This document shows positions 40,017 to 52,967 of a DNA stretch of 64,000 bases, piece after piece. Every line of letters starts with the position of its first letter. Within the stretch, counting starts at the first letter, position 1. Below the pieces are notes generated by a model. It was given only the letters and a program-made list of their open reading frames with translations, made no database searches and was not told the origin of the DNA. This DNA is from the human T2T-CHM13v2.0 reference genome, Homo sapiens, in the NCBI RefSeq assembly GCF_009914755.1, contig NC_060927.1. One strand, 5' to 3'. The position numbers were made by a program, and so were the translations under genes.

Positions 40017-40528
40017 TATTCAGAAGGGAAAACTTTTTCTCTATCCTTTTACATTCAGTATTGGAGGCCTATGAATTAAAAGGACAAAAGACAGATTAGC
40101 AAGATAAAAGATAAAGTATGTTCATATACATACAGGAGAGCCTGCAGAAAATGTAGCTCCAAGAAGTGGTTGGAATAGCATCTGAACTAGTGGGATGCAT
40201 TAGGATTTCAAGGGACAATAAATGGTGAGAAATGACTGTGAAATATATGGGGGAAATTAATGGAAGGTAAGATTTGAGTGAGAAAGTCCTGTTTATGCAA
40301 TTTCTCATCCCAGTACCCACTTCTCCTCTAAGGGGACAGGAGTCACTCCACGTCGTACAGGAAGACTTCCTTAAAGGGGGATTTATGACAGTTGATCCTT
40401 TTGGAACACTTGGCTTTTAGGCAGACAACAGGAATGCAGAGAAAGCTCCTTCCTGCATGTTTGGATTCTCAAATGCCTTTAGTTCAAGATAATCCTTATG
40501 CCACAATGACATAACGTGAACCCCTTCA
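40017..40528 (-). mobile_element. ERV1 LTR, MER34/MER39-like
   Basis: GACAAAAGACAGATTAGCAAG...ATTCTCAAATGCCTTTAGTTCAAGATAATCCTTATGCCA...GAACCCCTTCA. Confidence 0.7.
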
Positions 40529-40919
40529 AGAAAAATGACACTCCACAAAGAAGAAAATCAAGGCAAAGAATTCAATCATTCTGGAAGACAAACCTTTTGA
40601 CTAAGGTACCCAAATAATATTGTAGATGTGTTCGAAAGCCCTAAGTTAATGTGACTAAGTATTCACTTTATTTTTCAATCAAGCAGAGCCATCTTATTGA
40701 AAGTTGAAACCAGGAACACTCTAATTGAATATCTCCTCCCAGAAGATTAAGAATTTCTTATTAATATTTTATCTCTAAATGAATCAATTAACTTCTCAGT
40801 ACAAACTGTGCCTCTTTTTAAAATATATAATTTGGTAAATTTATTATCCAATATAGCAGAGCTGAACTTTTTGAAAAAGAAGGGTTCTCTGTTAGTGTGT
40901 GGCAGCATCCATAACATAA

Positions 40920-41080
40920 TTAGAAGCTCAGAATATTGGGGCTAAAAGGTGTCTTGGTAAGCTCAGCAACTGATCCTTGGCTTTATAGGGAGAAAAAGAG
41001 GCCCAGAGTGGTTAACTGGTTTACCCAAGGTCACATAGTGAGCTTGTGCTTTAACTAGGACTTGAATCTTGGGCTCAGTC
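40920..41080 (-). mobile_element. MIR
   Basis: GAGGCCCAGAGTGGTTAACTGGTTTACCCAAGGTCACATAG. Confidence 0.75.
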
Positions 41081-41343
41081 CCATTGAAATACTTGAAAAG
41101 AGTATCTAATGACTTGTAGGTTAATGAATAGAAGCACATTCATCAGATTAATGCAGCAAAGCCCTGGATATTGAGAAAACACAAAATGACTTAGAGCTAA
41201 TTAAATACAGACACAAATTAGAAAATGAGGCTTAAGACAGAATATTAATAATTTCTGGTAGATATCTCATCTTTCTGCTCTTAAAGCACCCTATGCTGTC
41301 TTCTCTCACAACATAATGTCACCTTCTTGATTTCAATTCATTA

Positions 41344-41755
41344 TGCATGGGTTCAATTCTGTGCTACCCTCCCATTTATATGTTGAAGTCCTAACCCCCA
41401 GGACCTCGGAATGTGACCATGTTTGGAGATGAGGTCTTTACAGGGATCATTAATTTAAAGTGAGGTCATTAGAGTGGACCCTATTCCTATATAATTGATG
41501 ACCTTGAGAAATTTGGATGCAGAGAGATGCACAGAGGGAAAACAATGTGATGAGACATAGAGATAAAATGGCCATCTACAAGTCAAAGAGAGCGGTCTGA
41601 CACATATCCTTCTCTTATGCCCTTAGATGGAACCAATCCTACAGATACCTTGACCTTGAACTTCTAGCCTGCAGAACTGTAAATCAATAAATCCCAGTTG
41701 TTTAAGCCACCCAGTTTGTGGTACTTTGTTAGTGCAGTTCTAGCAAATGAATGCA
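41344..41755 (+). mobile_element. MLT1B-like MaLR LTR
   Basis: TATATGTTGAAGTCCTAACCCCCAGGACCTCGGAATGTGACC...TAGCAAATGAATGCA. TSD CATTA / CACTA. Confidence 0.85.
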
Positions 41756-42609
41756 CACTATTTACTCAATTTTTCCCCAAGGCAACCTGCACTTCTACCC
41801 TGCCCAGCACCAACAGAGATGGTGCGGACTTCTCCTTATCATCTCAGAAACTTCCAGTGTCTGGCTTTTCCTGGGTACTCAGTTAGTGCCTGTAACTGAA
41901 TTGCCTTACACTAAATAGAGTACTTGTACTACTCTAACTCAACTCTTATTCACAACAGCTCCCTACTTTGGGTAGAGTAGTTTATATTATTCTTATTTAA
42001 CTGATGATTTTCCAAAGAAGATAATGACATTCCCATCTAAGGTTACAAAGTATTACAAAGGAAAGAGATGACAATCCACTGAAATGCTTTCCAAATATAA
42101 TCCAAATATAATAGTCCAGTCTTTAAAATCTGAGTTGCTTTTTGTTGAATCTGAAACTGCCTTTAATTTACCACATGCAGCTTGAGGGGTCTTTCCAGTG
42201 GAAACTGTTTTCCGTCAGGGAAAAAAATAAGTAAACAAATAAAAGCCCTCAAAACTGATCACTAAATCAGCTCAGCTTATCAAAACAAAACAAAAGAAAA
42301 TCCCCCAATTAAAACAGGATTTAAAACAATGAATTCAATTTTGGAAAAGAAATTGCCAAGTTTGATTTGTACTGATTATTACGTGTTTCAACAAACTATT
42401 TAAAGTAGTGGATCTTTCTGGGGTTTTACAGAGCTCTGTGTCCATAGAAATCCTGAAATAAACTCAAATTTACCAATTTTGGATTGTTTTCCAAGAGGAG
42501 TATCCACTAACACTGATTAATAATAACAAATGGATAATTATGTCATTTTATATGTTCTTTTGTTACGCATAAAAATCTAGTATTTCTTAAATGCTGGCTA
42601 CATGCTTTA

Positions 42610-43470
42610 TACATCAGTTAGCACTCTGGCAGAAAATAAAATGGTTTAATGAAAAGAGTTTAACTGAAGAAAATTTAATGAAGGCACATTTGTGCAGAGT
42701 GACAGGCAAAGTAAGGGAAAAATCAGTGGTTGGTGAGGTACCCAAGGCTCAGCAAAAGTGAGAAGCTATTACAACCTTAGGCCTGAAGATGTGGGGAGTT
42801 ACCATCAGAGTCCAGAGGAGGATTGTGGGGGATGGGGTACCTGAGAGGGAGTGTAGCCATGGAGGAACACAGCCACTTCTAGAAGAGTGGTAAGGCAAGG
42901 CTTCTCTCTGGTCAGGACCCCCTATGACCTGGCAATCCCACACAGAAGTCCCAGCCCTGGGAGCCCAGATGATACACTCTGTAAAGCTCTGTTGGTCTAT
43001 TTTTGCATTGCTATGAAGGAATATCTGAGGTTAGGTAATCTGTAAAGAAAAGAGATTTAGTTGTCTCATGGTTCTGCAGGCTGTACAGAAAGTATGGCAC
43101 CAGCGTCTGCTTCTGGTGAGGGCTCAGGAAGCTTACAATCATGGTGGAAGGTGAAGGAGGATCCAGTGTATCACATGGCAAGAGAGGGAGCAAGAGAGAC
43201 AAGGTGGAGTGCCAGACTCTTTTAAACACCCAGAACTCACATGAACTAATAGTTAGAGCCCACTCATTACTGCAAGGATGGCACCAAGCCATTCATATGA
43301 GATCCACCCTCATGACCCAAACACCTCCCACCAGTCCCCACATCCAACATTGGGGATTACATTTTACTATGAGATTTGGAGGGGATACACACCCAAACCA
43401 TATCAAGAGCTTAATCTCCAGAGACCAGTTAGACAATGAATGGGAGGGGCAGTTTCAAATGGAGAACAGA
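42610..43470 (-). mobile_element. LTR33-like ERVL LTR interrupted by an MSTB
   Basis: TTTAATGAAGGCACATTT...GAGGTACCCAAGGCTCAGCAAAAGTGAGAAGCTATTACAACCTTAGGCCTGAAG. Confidence 0.6.
42988..43405 (-). mobile_element. MSTB-like MaLR LTR
   Basis: GCATTGCTATGAAGGAATATCTGAGG...CCAAACCATATCA. TSD AAAGC / AGAGC. Confidence 0.85.
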
Positions 43471-43596
43471 GTATTTTATATGAACCATCTAACTGAATAA
43501 TCTTCAAACCCCATGACATATTTTACAAATTTAGAAGCACAAGATCAGAGAAGTTAAAAATGTGCCCAGTTTTTAATGAGCAAGTAGAATGAGGAG

Positions 43597-43951
43597 TATA
43601 TTAGTCTGTTCTCATGCTGCTGATAAAGACATACCCAAGACTGGGCAATTTACAGAAGAAAAAGTTTAATGGACTTACAGTTCCACATCGCTGGGGGAGC
43701 TTCATAATCATGGTGGAAGTCAAGGAGGAGCAAGTCACATCTTACACGGAGGGCAGCAGGCAAAGAGAGAGCTTGTGCAGGGAAACGCCCCCTTATAAAA
43801 CCATCAGATCTCATGACATTTATTCACTCTCACGAGAACACCACAGGAAAGACCTGCACCCGTGATTCAATTACCACTCACCGGGTCCCTCGCACAATAC
43901 ATGGGAATTCAAGATGAGATTTGGGTGGGGACACAGAGTCAAACCATATCA
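43597..43951 (-). mobile_element. THE1C-like MaLR LTR
   Basis: TATATTAGTCTGTTCTCATGCTGCTGATAAAGACATACCC...AAACCATATCA. Perfect TSD AGGAG. Confidence 0.9.
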
Positions 43952-44256
43952 AGGAGCAAATGAAATCCAACTTTGTTTTAGATCTAATGAAGAAGAACAA
44001 AAGAAAAATATTGTTTTGCTTTCATACAATACATTTCTTTTAAATGAAGGAAGGGGAAGAGGGCATTATGTGAAACTTGAGAAAATTGTAGATGAGTTTT
44101 ATGTCAAAGGACTTTGTGTTTACTTCAGAATGTGGAATGACTTGACTTGGTGTGGAAGAGGAGCAGAGTCAGTGAATTGACAGGAGGATGGAGAACGTGC
44201 CAGACGAGAAAGTAATGGACATATGTTGATAAGGATGATCAAAGACCAAAGAATGA

Positions 44257-44390
44257 GGCCTGCCCAGGTGGTGCATGCCTGTAGTTCTACCTACTTTGGA
44301 GGCTGAGGCTAGAAGATTGATTGAGCCCAGGGGTTGGGTCCCATCTAGGAAACATAGCAAGATCCTGACTCAAAAACAACAACAACAAAA
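44257..44390 (+). mobile_element. Free Alu monomer (FLAM-like)
   Basis: Single monomer with a (CAA)n tail. TSD core AAAGACCAAA on both sides. Confidence 0.75.
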
Positions 44391-44449
44391 AGACCAAACC
44401 TCATAAGAAACAGAAAATATTAAGAAATGAGTGGGATAGGAGGTTAAAC

Positions 44450-44635
44450 AAGATAACTAGCTCTTGTATAACACTATATAATTTACTAAAATTTTAGTAT
44501 AGCTCATATGACTTGATACTCAACAGATCCTTGAGAGATCTATTATAACTATTTCCCGCCTCATGTTGCAGATAAAAAAACAAGTTCACAGAAGTTAAGT
44601 AAATGGTAGATATGGAATTTGACTGCTAGCCTGAA
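44450..44635 (-). mobile_element. MIR remnant
   Basis: CTCATGTTGCAGATAAAAAAACAAGTTCACAGAAGTTAAGTAA. Confidence 0.6.
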
Positions 44636-45599
44636 GATTGTCTAATGAACCAAGAATAATTACTTGTTTGAGAAGTCTGGAAGTAGTCTGTGATATGAAA
44701 TGTCACCAAACTATGATGCAACTCTGTGAGTACTAAAGTAGAAATTTAGTTGTTTTTAGTCATTTATCTAATCAAATAACTATTTCTAATCAAGGTATGC
44801 TAGCTAACTATGTATTCCAAATCCTTTTAAAATTTTTTATTAGACACCTTGTGCCCCAAATAAGAAAGCTACTAAACATGAGTATAGCCCAGGGCTTTGA
44901 TAATTTTCATTAGCACCTTAGTTTAACTAATGCATTATCTGTTAAATAAGTCTGATTAACACTTCTCTACATAATCATTTTCTAATGCGTGCAACTGTTG
45001 CCTCTAGAGATTAATTGCCAAGCTTTTATGTTCAACTAACAGTAGATTGACATTTAGCATCTTAGATTTATAGATTTCCTGGTATGTTATTGGACTGTTT
45101 TCTTTGGATGGATTCCTCCAACCATTTGAAATTGGATTTCTCCAAGGATAGGTCGATGTAAGCAGTGGAGCTAATCACATCATTTTACTTCAGCCTCTTC
45201 TCACAGAACTTGGTTTATTATGATCTTAAAACCTCCTGGGATATTTTTCTAGCTCTGGATGTATCTGAATGTACCAGGTAAAATCAGGACTACTGTAATT
45301 CATCCATTTGCTGTACTATCTTCTCGTTCCATATAGATACCTTTATGTTGACATGACAGTATTAGAAAAAGACAGCTACCAGAGCCCTGCCCACCCATCT
45401 ACAAGGTCAAGAACTATTCCCACCAAACTATTGAGGCCTTGTATATACTAGGTGCTTAAATGACATTTGATAACCTGGTTTATTGACTTTGAAGAACACT
45501 AATTTAGTTACTTATTTAATATTCCAATGCACACCTTCTTCAGGTAAAGTGCAATGTTGGCTATTGAGGAAAAGATAAGTTTGTGGCTTCAACTATGGG

Positions 45600-46030
45600 A
45601 ATAGTGTTTTAGTTCAAATCCTTTAGTTTCAAAAGAGATAAACCTTTCAAACTCAGTTAAAATAATGAATGAAATTAAGTGGAATCAAAGGCAAGGAGTA
45701 CAGAGAGGTCATTGCTTCTCTGAACCTAAACATTATTGTCATTGTTTCTCTGCATAGCTCTGTGTTTCTGTGTCAATGGCCATCACTACATTTGATTCTA
45801 TAATATTTCTACTGCAATCAAGTCACTAACATAGGCAAAGGTTAACTTGTTCCAGGTCAAAATTCCTAGGAAAAAGAATCTGATTCATCCAACCTGTGTT
45901 AAAAATTAATACTTGATACAATCAACTGCTGCCAATGGATCTGGCTCCCGTAATAAATCCTCGGCCACTAAGGACAGCTGGGTAGAAATGACTATTATCC
46001 AGGAAAGAGGAACACACCTGGCCAACCCCT
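45600..46030 (-). mobile_element. Old MLT1-type LTR remnant
   Basis: TTAGTTCAAATCCTTTAGTTTCAAAAGAG and AAATTCCTAGGAAAAAGAATCTGATT. Confidence 0.45.
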
Positions 46031-46141
46031 TTCTTTCTGTAGTACATAGGGTATCTACTTTGATCAGTTTCTGAGAGTAGTTTGCTTCAACTCTCCCTCT
46101 TCCTCTATGACTGATGGCAGACAATCTAACATTTAACTCTA
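45920..46141 (+). repeat. Copy A of the local ~220-bp direct duplication flanking HERV-L
   Basis: 45951-46141 aligns with 51121-51310 with ~25 differences in 191 bp (manual count). Confidence 0.9.
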
Positions 46142-46145
46142 CCTC

Positions 46146-46239
46146 TGTATTAGTCAGGGTTCTCTAGAAGGACATAACTAATAGGATATATATATATATA
46201 TACACACACACACTCATATATACACACACACACACAGAT

Positions 46240-46298
<59 letters not shown>

Positions 46299-46688
46299 AA
46301 AGGAGTTTATTAAGTATTAACTCACATGATCACAAGGCCCCACAATAGGCCATCCACAAATTGAGGAGCAAGGACAGCCAGTCTGAGTCCCAAAACTGAA
46401 GAACTTGAAGTCTGCTGTTCAAGGGCAGGAAGCATCTGGCATAGGAGAAAGATGAAGGCTGGGAGGCTAGGCCACTCTAGTAGTTTCACATTTTTCTGCA
46501 TGCTTTATATTCTAGTAAAACTAGCAGCTGATTAGATTGTGCCAATACAGATCAAGGGTAGGTCTGCCTTTCCCAGCCTACTGACTCAAATGTTGATATC
46601 CTTTGGCAACATCCTCACAGACACACCCAGGATCAGTCCTTTTCATCCTTCAATCCAATCAAGTTTACACTCAGTATTAACCATCACA
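46146..46688 (-). mobile_element. MLT2A1-like 3' LTR of HERV-L, containing a (TA)n/(CA)n tract at ~46186-46294
   Basis: TGTATTAGTCAGGGTTCTCTAGA...CTCAGTATTAACCATCACA. A polypurine-tract-like GTTGACAATGGGTAGACT is adjacent on the minus strand. Confidence 0.9.
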
Positions 46689-49600
46689 AGTCTACCCATT
46701 GTCAACTTGAACCCACACACATCTCCTGAGCTCATACATAACCTTCAAATAAAGACAATAATAAGGTCATAATTACACCTAACATAATACAACTATCTTT
46801 TGTACAACTGGAAACACACCAATACCCAACCCAAATACTATTACAGAAAGTTAACAATACTTAAATGCTGCTATGAGGTCAATAAATTTTATGTCACATG
46901 ATAAAGGAAAAAGGAAATAAAATGAAGATATTTTCTTAGTACAAGTATATATGTGCACAAACATGTTTTTAAAAAAAGGAAGGAGGAAATACTCAAGGGA
47001 ATTACAGTCCTTGTTTCTGCAGCTGGTCTTGGGATCATAGCTGGTATTGATGACTACCTACTTCTACTGCCCATTCTATATTCCCTTTGCCTTCAGCAAG
47101 AACCTCAGCAGGTCATGGTTTTGTTTTGTTTTGTTTTCTGGTGGAGTGACCCAAACCTTTATTCCTGAAGGGTGTGTGCCATTTGTAGTCCTGCCTGGAT
47201 TGGGCTGTTGTAGTTTCCCATTGACCTTAATCAGAGGGCATGGTAATACTAAGAGACGCCCTAATGGATCTCCTGTATTCCATGCATACTCTCCCTTACC
47301 TCTGTTGTAGAGTAGTAGATGATTTCATCTTGATAGTCTGGATCAATTGCCCCAGCCAACACTGTAACTCCCTTCTTAGCCTGTTGACTTAAAGGTAGGA
47401 GGAGACCAAAGTGTCCAGGTGGCAATCCTAACTTCCAGTTTAGTGGGATCGTTGTTGTGTATCCTGGTGGAAGTGTTCCTCCCTCTGGAACTAAGACCTC
47501 TAGCCCAGCAGAAGGTAATATTGCAGGAACAGGAAGCAAAAATTTTGCTAGTGGATCACAGGGGTGATGGTGAGTGGTGTCACTTCCACTTCCACCCCTT
47601 GATTCCAAGACCCATGAATCCTGGCTATGGGAGAAACAGTACCATATATTGGACACTGATTCAGAGCATACACGGGCTTCTGGAGAACTTTGCCCCTGCC
47701 CTGCAAAGTATTGTCACCTAGTTGGCATTGTAATTGTGACTTCAAAAGGCCATTCCACACTTCTATCAATCCAGCTGCTTCAGGATGATGGGGAACATGG
47801 TAAGACCAGTGAATTTCATGGTCATGAGCCCACTGCCACACTTTTTTAGCCATAAAGTGAGTGCCTTGGTCAGAGGCAATGCTGTGTGGAATACCATGAC
47901 GGTGGATAAGGCATTCTGTGAGTCCATGGGTGGTAGTCTTGGCAGAAGCATTACGTGCAGGATAAGCAAACCTATATCCAGAGTAAGTTTCTATTCCAGT
48001 GCCCTTTCCATGATGGAAGAGGTCTAATATAATCAACTTGCCACCAGGTAGCTGGCTGATTACCCTGAGGAATGGTGCCATATCAAGGGCACAGTGTTGG
48101 TCTCTGCTGCTGGCAAATTTGGCACTCAGCAGTGGCCATAGCCAGGTCAGCCTTTGTGAGTGGAAGTCCATGTTGCTGAGCCCACGTGTAACCTCCATCC
48201 TTGCCACCATGGCCGCTTTGTTTATGGGCCCATTGGACAATGACAGGGGGGTGGCTGGGGAAAGAGGCTGAACCGTGTCTGCAGAACAGGTCATCCTATC
48301 CACTTGATTATTTAAATCCTCTTCTGCTGAGGTCACCCATTGGTGAGCACTCACATGAGATACAAATATCTTGTTTTTGACCACGCAGAGAGGTCCATCC
48401 ACATACCTCGTCCCCAAATTTCTTTCTCACCAATTTTCCAATCATGCTTCTTCCAAGTCCCTGACCATCCAGCCAAACCATTGGCTACAGCCCATTAATC
48501 AGTATATAATTACACATCTGGCCATTTCTCCTTCCATTCAAAGTGCACAACCAGTTGCATTGCTCAAATTTCTGCCCATAGGGAAGATTTTCCTTTACCC
48601 TTCATCATTCTTCAGGGGTGTCCTACAAAGCGGCTTTAGTGCTGCGGCTGTCCACTTTTGGGTGGTGCCTGCATATTGTCAGAACCATTTGTGAACCAGG
48701 CCCTAGTCTTCTCTTCCTCTGTCAACTGATCATAGGGAACTCCCCATGAGGCCATCAGTGCATGCTGGGGGAGAAAAGCCAGGGTGGCTGGAGTGGAGAC
48801 AGTGAGTATTTGAACCACTTCCTTATGTAACTTACTTGTTCCTTCAGGGCCTGCTTGAGCCCAATCACATATAGACCACTTCCGTTTGATGATCCAGTGC
48901 TGCTGTGCGTGACCCACTTTATGGCCAGATGGGTCAGAAAGCATCCAATTCATGATAGGCAATTCAGGTTGCATGGTGACTTGATGATCCATAGTTAAAT
49001 GTTCAGTTTCCACCAAAGCCCAGTAACAGGCCAAGAGCTGTCTCTCAAAAGGAGAGTAGTTATTTGCAGAACATGCCTTGCTCTAAAATCCTAGAGGCCT
49101 CTGCTGTAATTCATGTATGGGGGCCTGCCAAAGATTCCAAACAGCATCCCTATCTGCCACTGACAACTCAGGCACCACTGGATCTGCTGGGTCATATGGC
49201 CCAAGTGGCAGAGCAGCTTGCACAGCAGCCTGGACCTGTTGCAGAGCCTTCTCCTCTTCTGGACCCCACTCAAAACTGGCAGCCTCTCAGGTCACTTGAT
49301 AAATGGGCTGGAGTAACCCACCCAGATGAGGAATGTGCTGCCTCCAAGATCCAAATAGACCTACTAGGTGTTGTGCCTCTTTCTTGGTCATGGGAGGGGC
49401 TAAACGCAGCACTTATTCACCTTAGAAGGAAGATCTCAACAGACCCCACACCACTGGACCCCTAGAAATTTTACTGAGGTAGAAGTCCTTGAATTTTAGT
49501 CATATTTGTTTCCCATCCTCAGGCATGCAAATATCTCACCAATAAGTCCAATGTGTTTACTACTTCTTACTCACTAGATCAAATCAGCATAATGTTATCA

Positions 49601-51081
49601 ATGTAATGGACCATTGTGATGTTTTACAGAAGCAAAAAGCAATCAAGGTCTCTCTGAATAAGATTATTACAGAAAGCCAGAGAGTTGATATACCCCTGAG
49701 GTAGGACAATAAAAGTATATTGCTGGCCTTGCCAGCTGAAGGCAAATTTCTTCTGGGGTTTATGGACAGGAATGAAGAAAAAGGCATTTACTAAGTCAAT
49801 GGCTGCATACCAGGTACCAGGATATGTGTTAATTTGCTCAAGCAATGAAACCATATCTGGTACAGCAGCTGCAATTGGAGTCACCACTTGGTTAAGCTTA
49901 TGATAATCCACTGTCATTCTCCAACATCCATCTTTCTTCTGCACAGGCTAAATGGGAGCATTGAATAGGGATGTGGTGGGAATTACAACCCCTGCATCTT
50001 TCAAGTCCTGATGGTGGCACTAATGTCAGCAACCCCTCCAGGGATGTGATATTGTTTTTCATTTACTATTTTTCTAGGTATAAGCAGTTCTAATGGCTTC
50101 CACTTGGCCTTTTCCTTCATAGTAACCCTCACCCTTCCAGTCAGGGAACAAATGTGGGGGTTCTGCCAGCTACTAAGTATGTCTATGCTAGTTATGTATT
50201 CTGGCTCTGGGGAAATGACCACAGGGTGAGTCTGGGGACTCATTGGACCCACTGTAAGTCAGACCTGAGCTAAAACACTGTTAATTACCTGACCTCCTTA
50301 AGCCCCTACTTTAACCGGAGGACCACAATGACGTTTTGGGTCCCCTGGAATCAATGTCACCTCAGAGCCAGTGTCCCATAGTCCCCCAAATGTCTAGTTA
50401 TTTCCCTTTCCCCAATGCACAGTTACCCCGGTAGAAGGCCAGAGGTCTCCTTGGGGAAGGATGAGAGAAAGATTCCTTGCATAAATTGTTGGTAATGTAG
50501 TGGAGTCCTTCCTCAAGGGGGACCAGCCTCCCCTTCATTCAAGGGATTCTAGGTCTGTAAACTGGCTTGTCTGGAAATTGAGGAGCTATGATTCTGTTTT
50601 TATAATTGAAATTAGACTTAGAAGTTTTCTGCTTGTATAAATTAAGTACGAATGCCGTAGGCTCTCTATCAATTTAACTTCTAAGAACACCATGATTAAT
50701 TAGCCAGTGCCAGAGCTCTACATGAGTGAAACTGTTCTGATTGCCACTTTACCTCTGCTGTCCATTACGGTAGCTATGCCTACCTTGCTTTTGACAGTTG
50801 AGTGCTGCCACTTGGCCCATGCCACCTTGGGATCCAATTATTCCCATTGTATTTAAATTTCATAGTTGGGTGACTGTGGTTCCCACTGTTAGATCTGACA
50901 TACTGAGAAGAGCAATTACAGGGCTCTTCAAAGATGCAGGTTTTGCCCTCACAAATCTATTTTGCAAGGCATTGGTCAAGGGTATATATTCTAGACCTAA
51001 ATCTCCCTAAGCCTTTGCATCCCTTCCTCTACATTAAATCAAGGGAGATCAGGCATTTCCAGCTCACTCACAATGGGCCAT
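46689..51081 (-). mobile_element. HERV-L internal region (partial gag, protease, RT, RNase H, integrase, dUTPase); 5' gag and 5' LTR missing
   Basis: RT: [23 protein letters not shown]...[12 protein letters not shown]. Integrase: HGIPHSIASDQGTHF...HHPEAAGLIE. dUTPase: TTIPLNWKLGLPPGHFGLL...IDPDYQDEI. Gag-like sequence ends at CAATGGGCCAT (51081). Frameshifted throughout. Confidence 0.95.
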
Positions 51082-51090
51082 ATCAATCTG

Positions 51091-51310
51091 ATTATCTAAT
51101 GTCAAGAGATCCGGGTCCCATAGTAAATCCTTGGCCACTAAGGACAGCTGGTAGAGATGACTCTTATCCAGGAAAGAGGAACATACCTGGCCAACCCCAT
51201 TGTTTCTATAGCACATAGGGTATCAACTTTGACCAAATTCTGGGAGTAGTTTGCCTCACTTCTTCCTCTTCTTCTATACCTGATGGCAAACAACTTAACA
51301 TTTAACTCTA
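51091..51310 (+). repeat. Copy A' of the same duplication
   Basis: Shares GGCCACTAAGGACAGCTG, TTATCCAGGAAAGAGGAACA, CATAGGGTATC and TAACATTTAACTCTA with copy A. Confidence 0.9.
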
Positions 51311-51933
51311 ACCCTAGGCTGTTAAATTTTCATGCTAGCCAAAATGCTTATCTGCCTTTAACAGCAGCTTGAATACTTCCCCCTACCCTTTCAAAGATTT
51401 ATCTCAGGAACAGTGCAGGGGGACAAGGCCAAATCCTGTTTTGTTTCTAAGTACAGGAAGCCTGAACTGTACTATTATTTAGATACCACCACTTCTGAAC
51501 TAACTGCAAGCAGGAGAGTCAACTATATCATTTCAATGTGTTTTTATAACATGGCGGCAGATTTTAGAGGTGAAACTTGGAAGAGATTGATCTTTTTCTA
51601 CAAGGAGGTAGAGAATATGATGAGAAATTTCTCTATTTGCACTGCAAGATATCTTTAGTGAATCTCTTCTCTATTCCTCAGCTACAAACATTTTAACTTT
51701 TTCTCTACAGCAGGTTCATCACAGTAAAGATAGTAAGCCAAGTCCTCACCTTTTCTCTGGAAAATATAGGAAGAAACAAAATAGAGGTCAGATAAACCAG
51801 AAATTGCATTTAGGAAACATACAAATTGACCTTGTAATGAGCATGCTGTGTAGTTTTTTTCCCACTATGTTTTCTTTCTTAAAATCAAATCTAAATAATA
51901 CAGCCATCATGTCTAGTTAATAGTTGTGCCATT

Positions 51934-52241
51934 GGCTGGGTGCAGTGGCTCACACTGGTAATCCTAGCACTTTGAGAGACCGAGGTGTGCAGATCGCCTG
52001 AGGTCAGGAGTTTGAGACCAGCCTGGCCAACATGGTGAAACCCCATCTCTACTAAAAACACAAAAATTAGCCAACAGTGGTGGTGTACACCTTTAATCCC
52101 AGCTACTTGGGAAGCCGAGAGAGGAGAATTGCTTGAATCCAGGAGGCAGAGGTTGCAGCAAGTCGAGATTGTGCCAGTGCAGTCCAGCCTGGGCAACAGA
52201 GGGAGACTCCATCTCAACAATAACAGCAATAACAACAAAAA
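51934..52241 (+). mobile_element. AluSx-type element
   Basis: Full dimer with a (CAA/TAA)-type tail. TSD ATAGTTGTGCCATT / ATAATTGTGCCCTT. Confidence 0.93.
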
Positions 52242-52967
52242 CATAATTGTGCCCTTAGGGGGACTAAAACATAAAGTTATTGAGGGGAAAATGTCACATC
52301 ACAAGCTTCCCTTGTTTTACAAGGACTTGAGGTTAAGTAATTTCTTCCTTCCTTATGGTTGTAAAATATTGACTTCAGAAGTTGTCAAATTAGCCTGGCA
52401 TGGTCCTTGTTACAAGTAAATAGGTTCCTTCTGTGGAGGCACTAGCAATCAACTTTCCCAAGGATGAGGTGCTGATATCCCAAGGCTTGCCTTTCTCCCT
52501 ATTGAATTTATCTATTTGTGCACCTGTACACTTAGGCAGACAATGTAATACATCTATTTATCGCTACCACCAGCGTATCTGTCTAAAGCTATAACTGAAG
52601 GCATGTGTTCTCATAAAAGAAGAGAGGCACATTAGTCTAGTTTGATGCAGCAGTCACAGGCTTTATGTAGTGACTTATCTGGAGATAAGAGTCTTGACTG
52701 TTGTTAGACACCACCGAAAGTCATTACTTTGTGACTGCAAGGAGGATGACAACTCAACTGAGTGAAACTTCCAGCAGGTTGTGCATTAGAACTTAGAACA
52801 ACAAAAGTGAGAGAAGTGGGGGTCCTGGATTTCTATTGATTACAAAATAAGCTGTTTATCATCATAATATAAGCTCCTTATGACCAGTGACTAGGAATTT
52901 ATTTAATATTATGCACAGAAGTTTTTTAAAAACAGAACATTGTATGTGATAAATTTTTGCCAGCAAA

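Noticed and set aside
47261-49944. Integrase, RT and dUTPase ORFs as a possible domesticated retroviral gene
   Set aside because: They are frameshifted fragments that switch in and out of frame, as expected for neutral decay.
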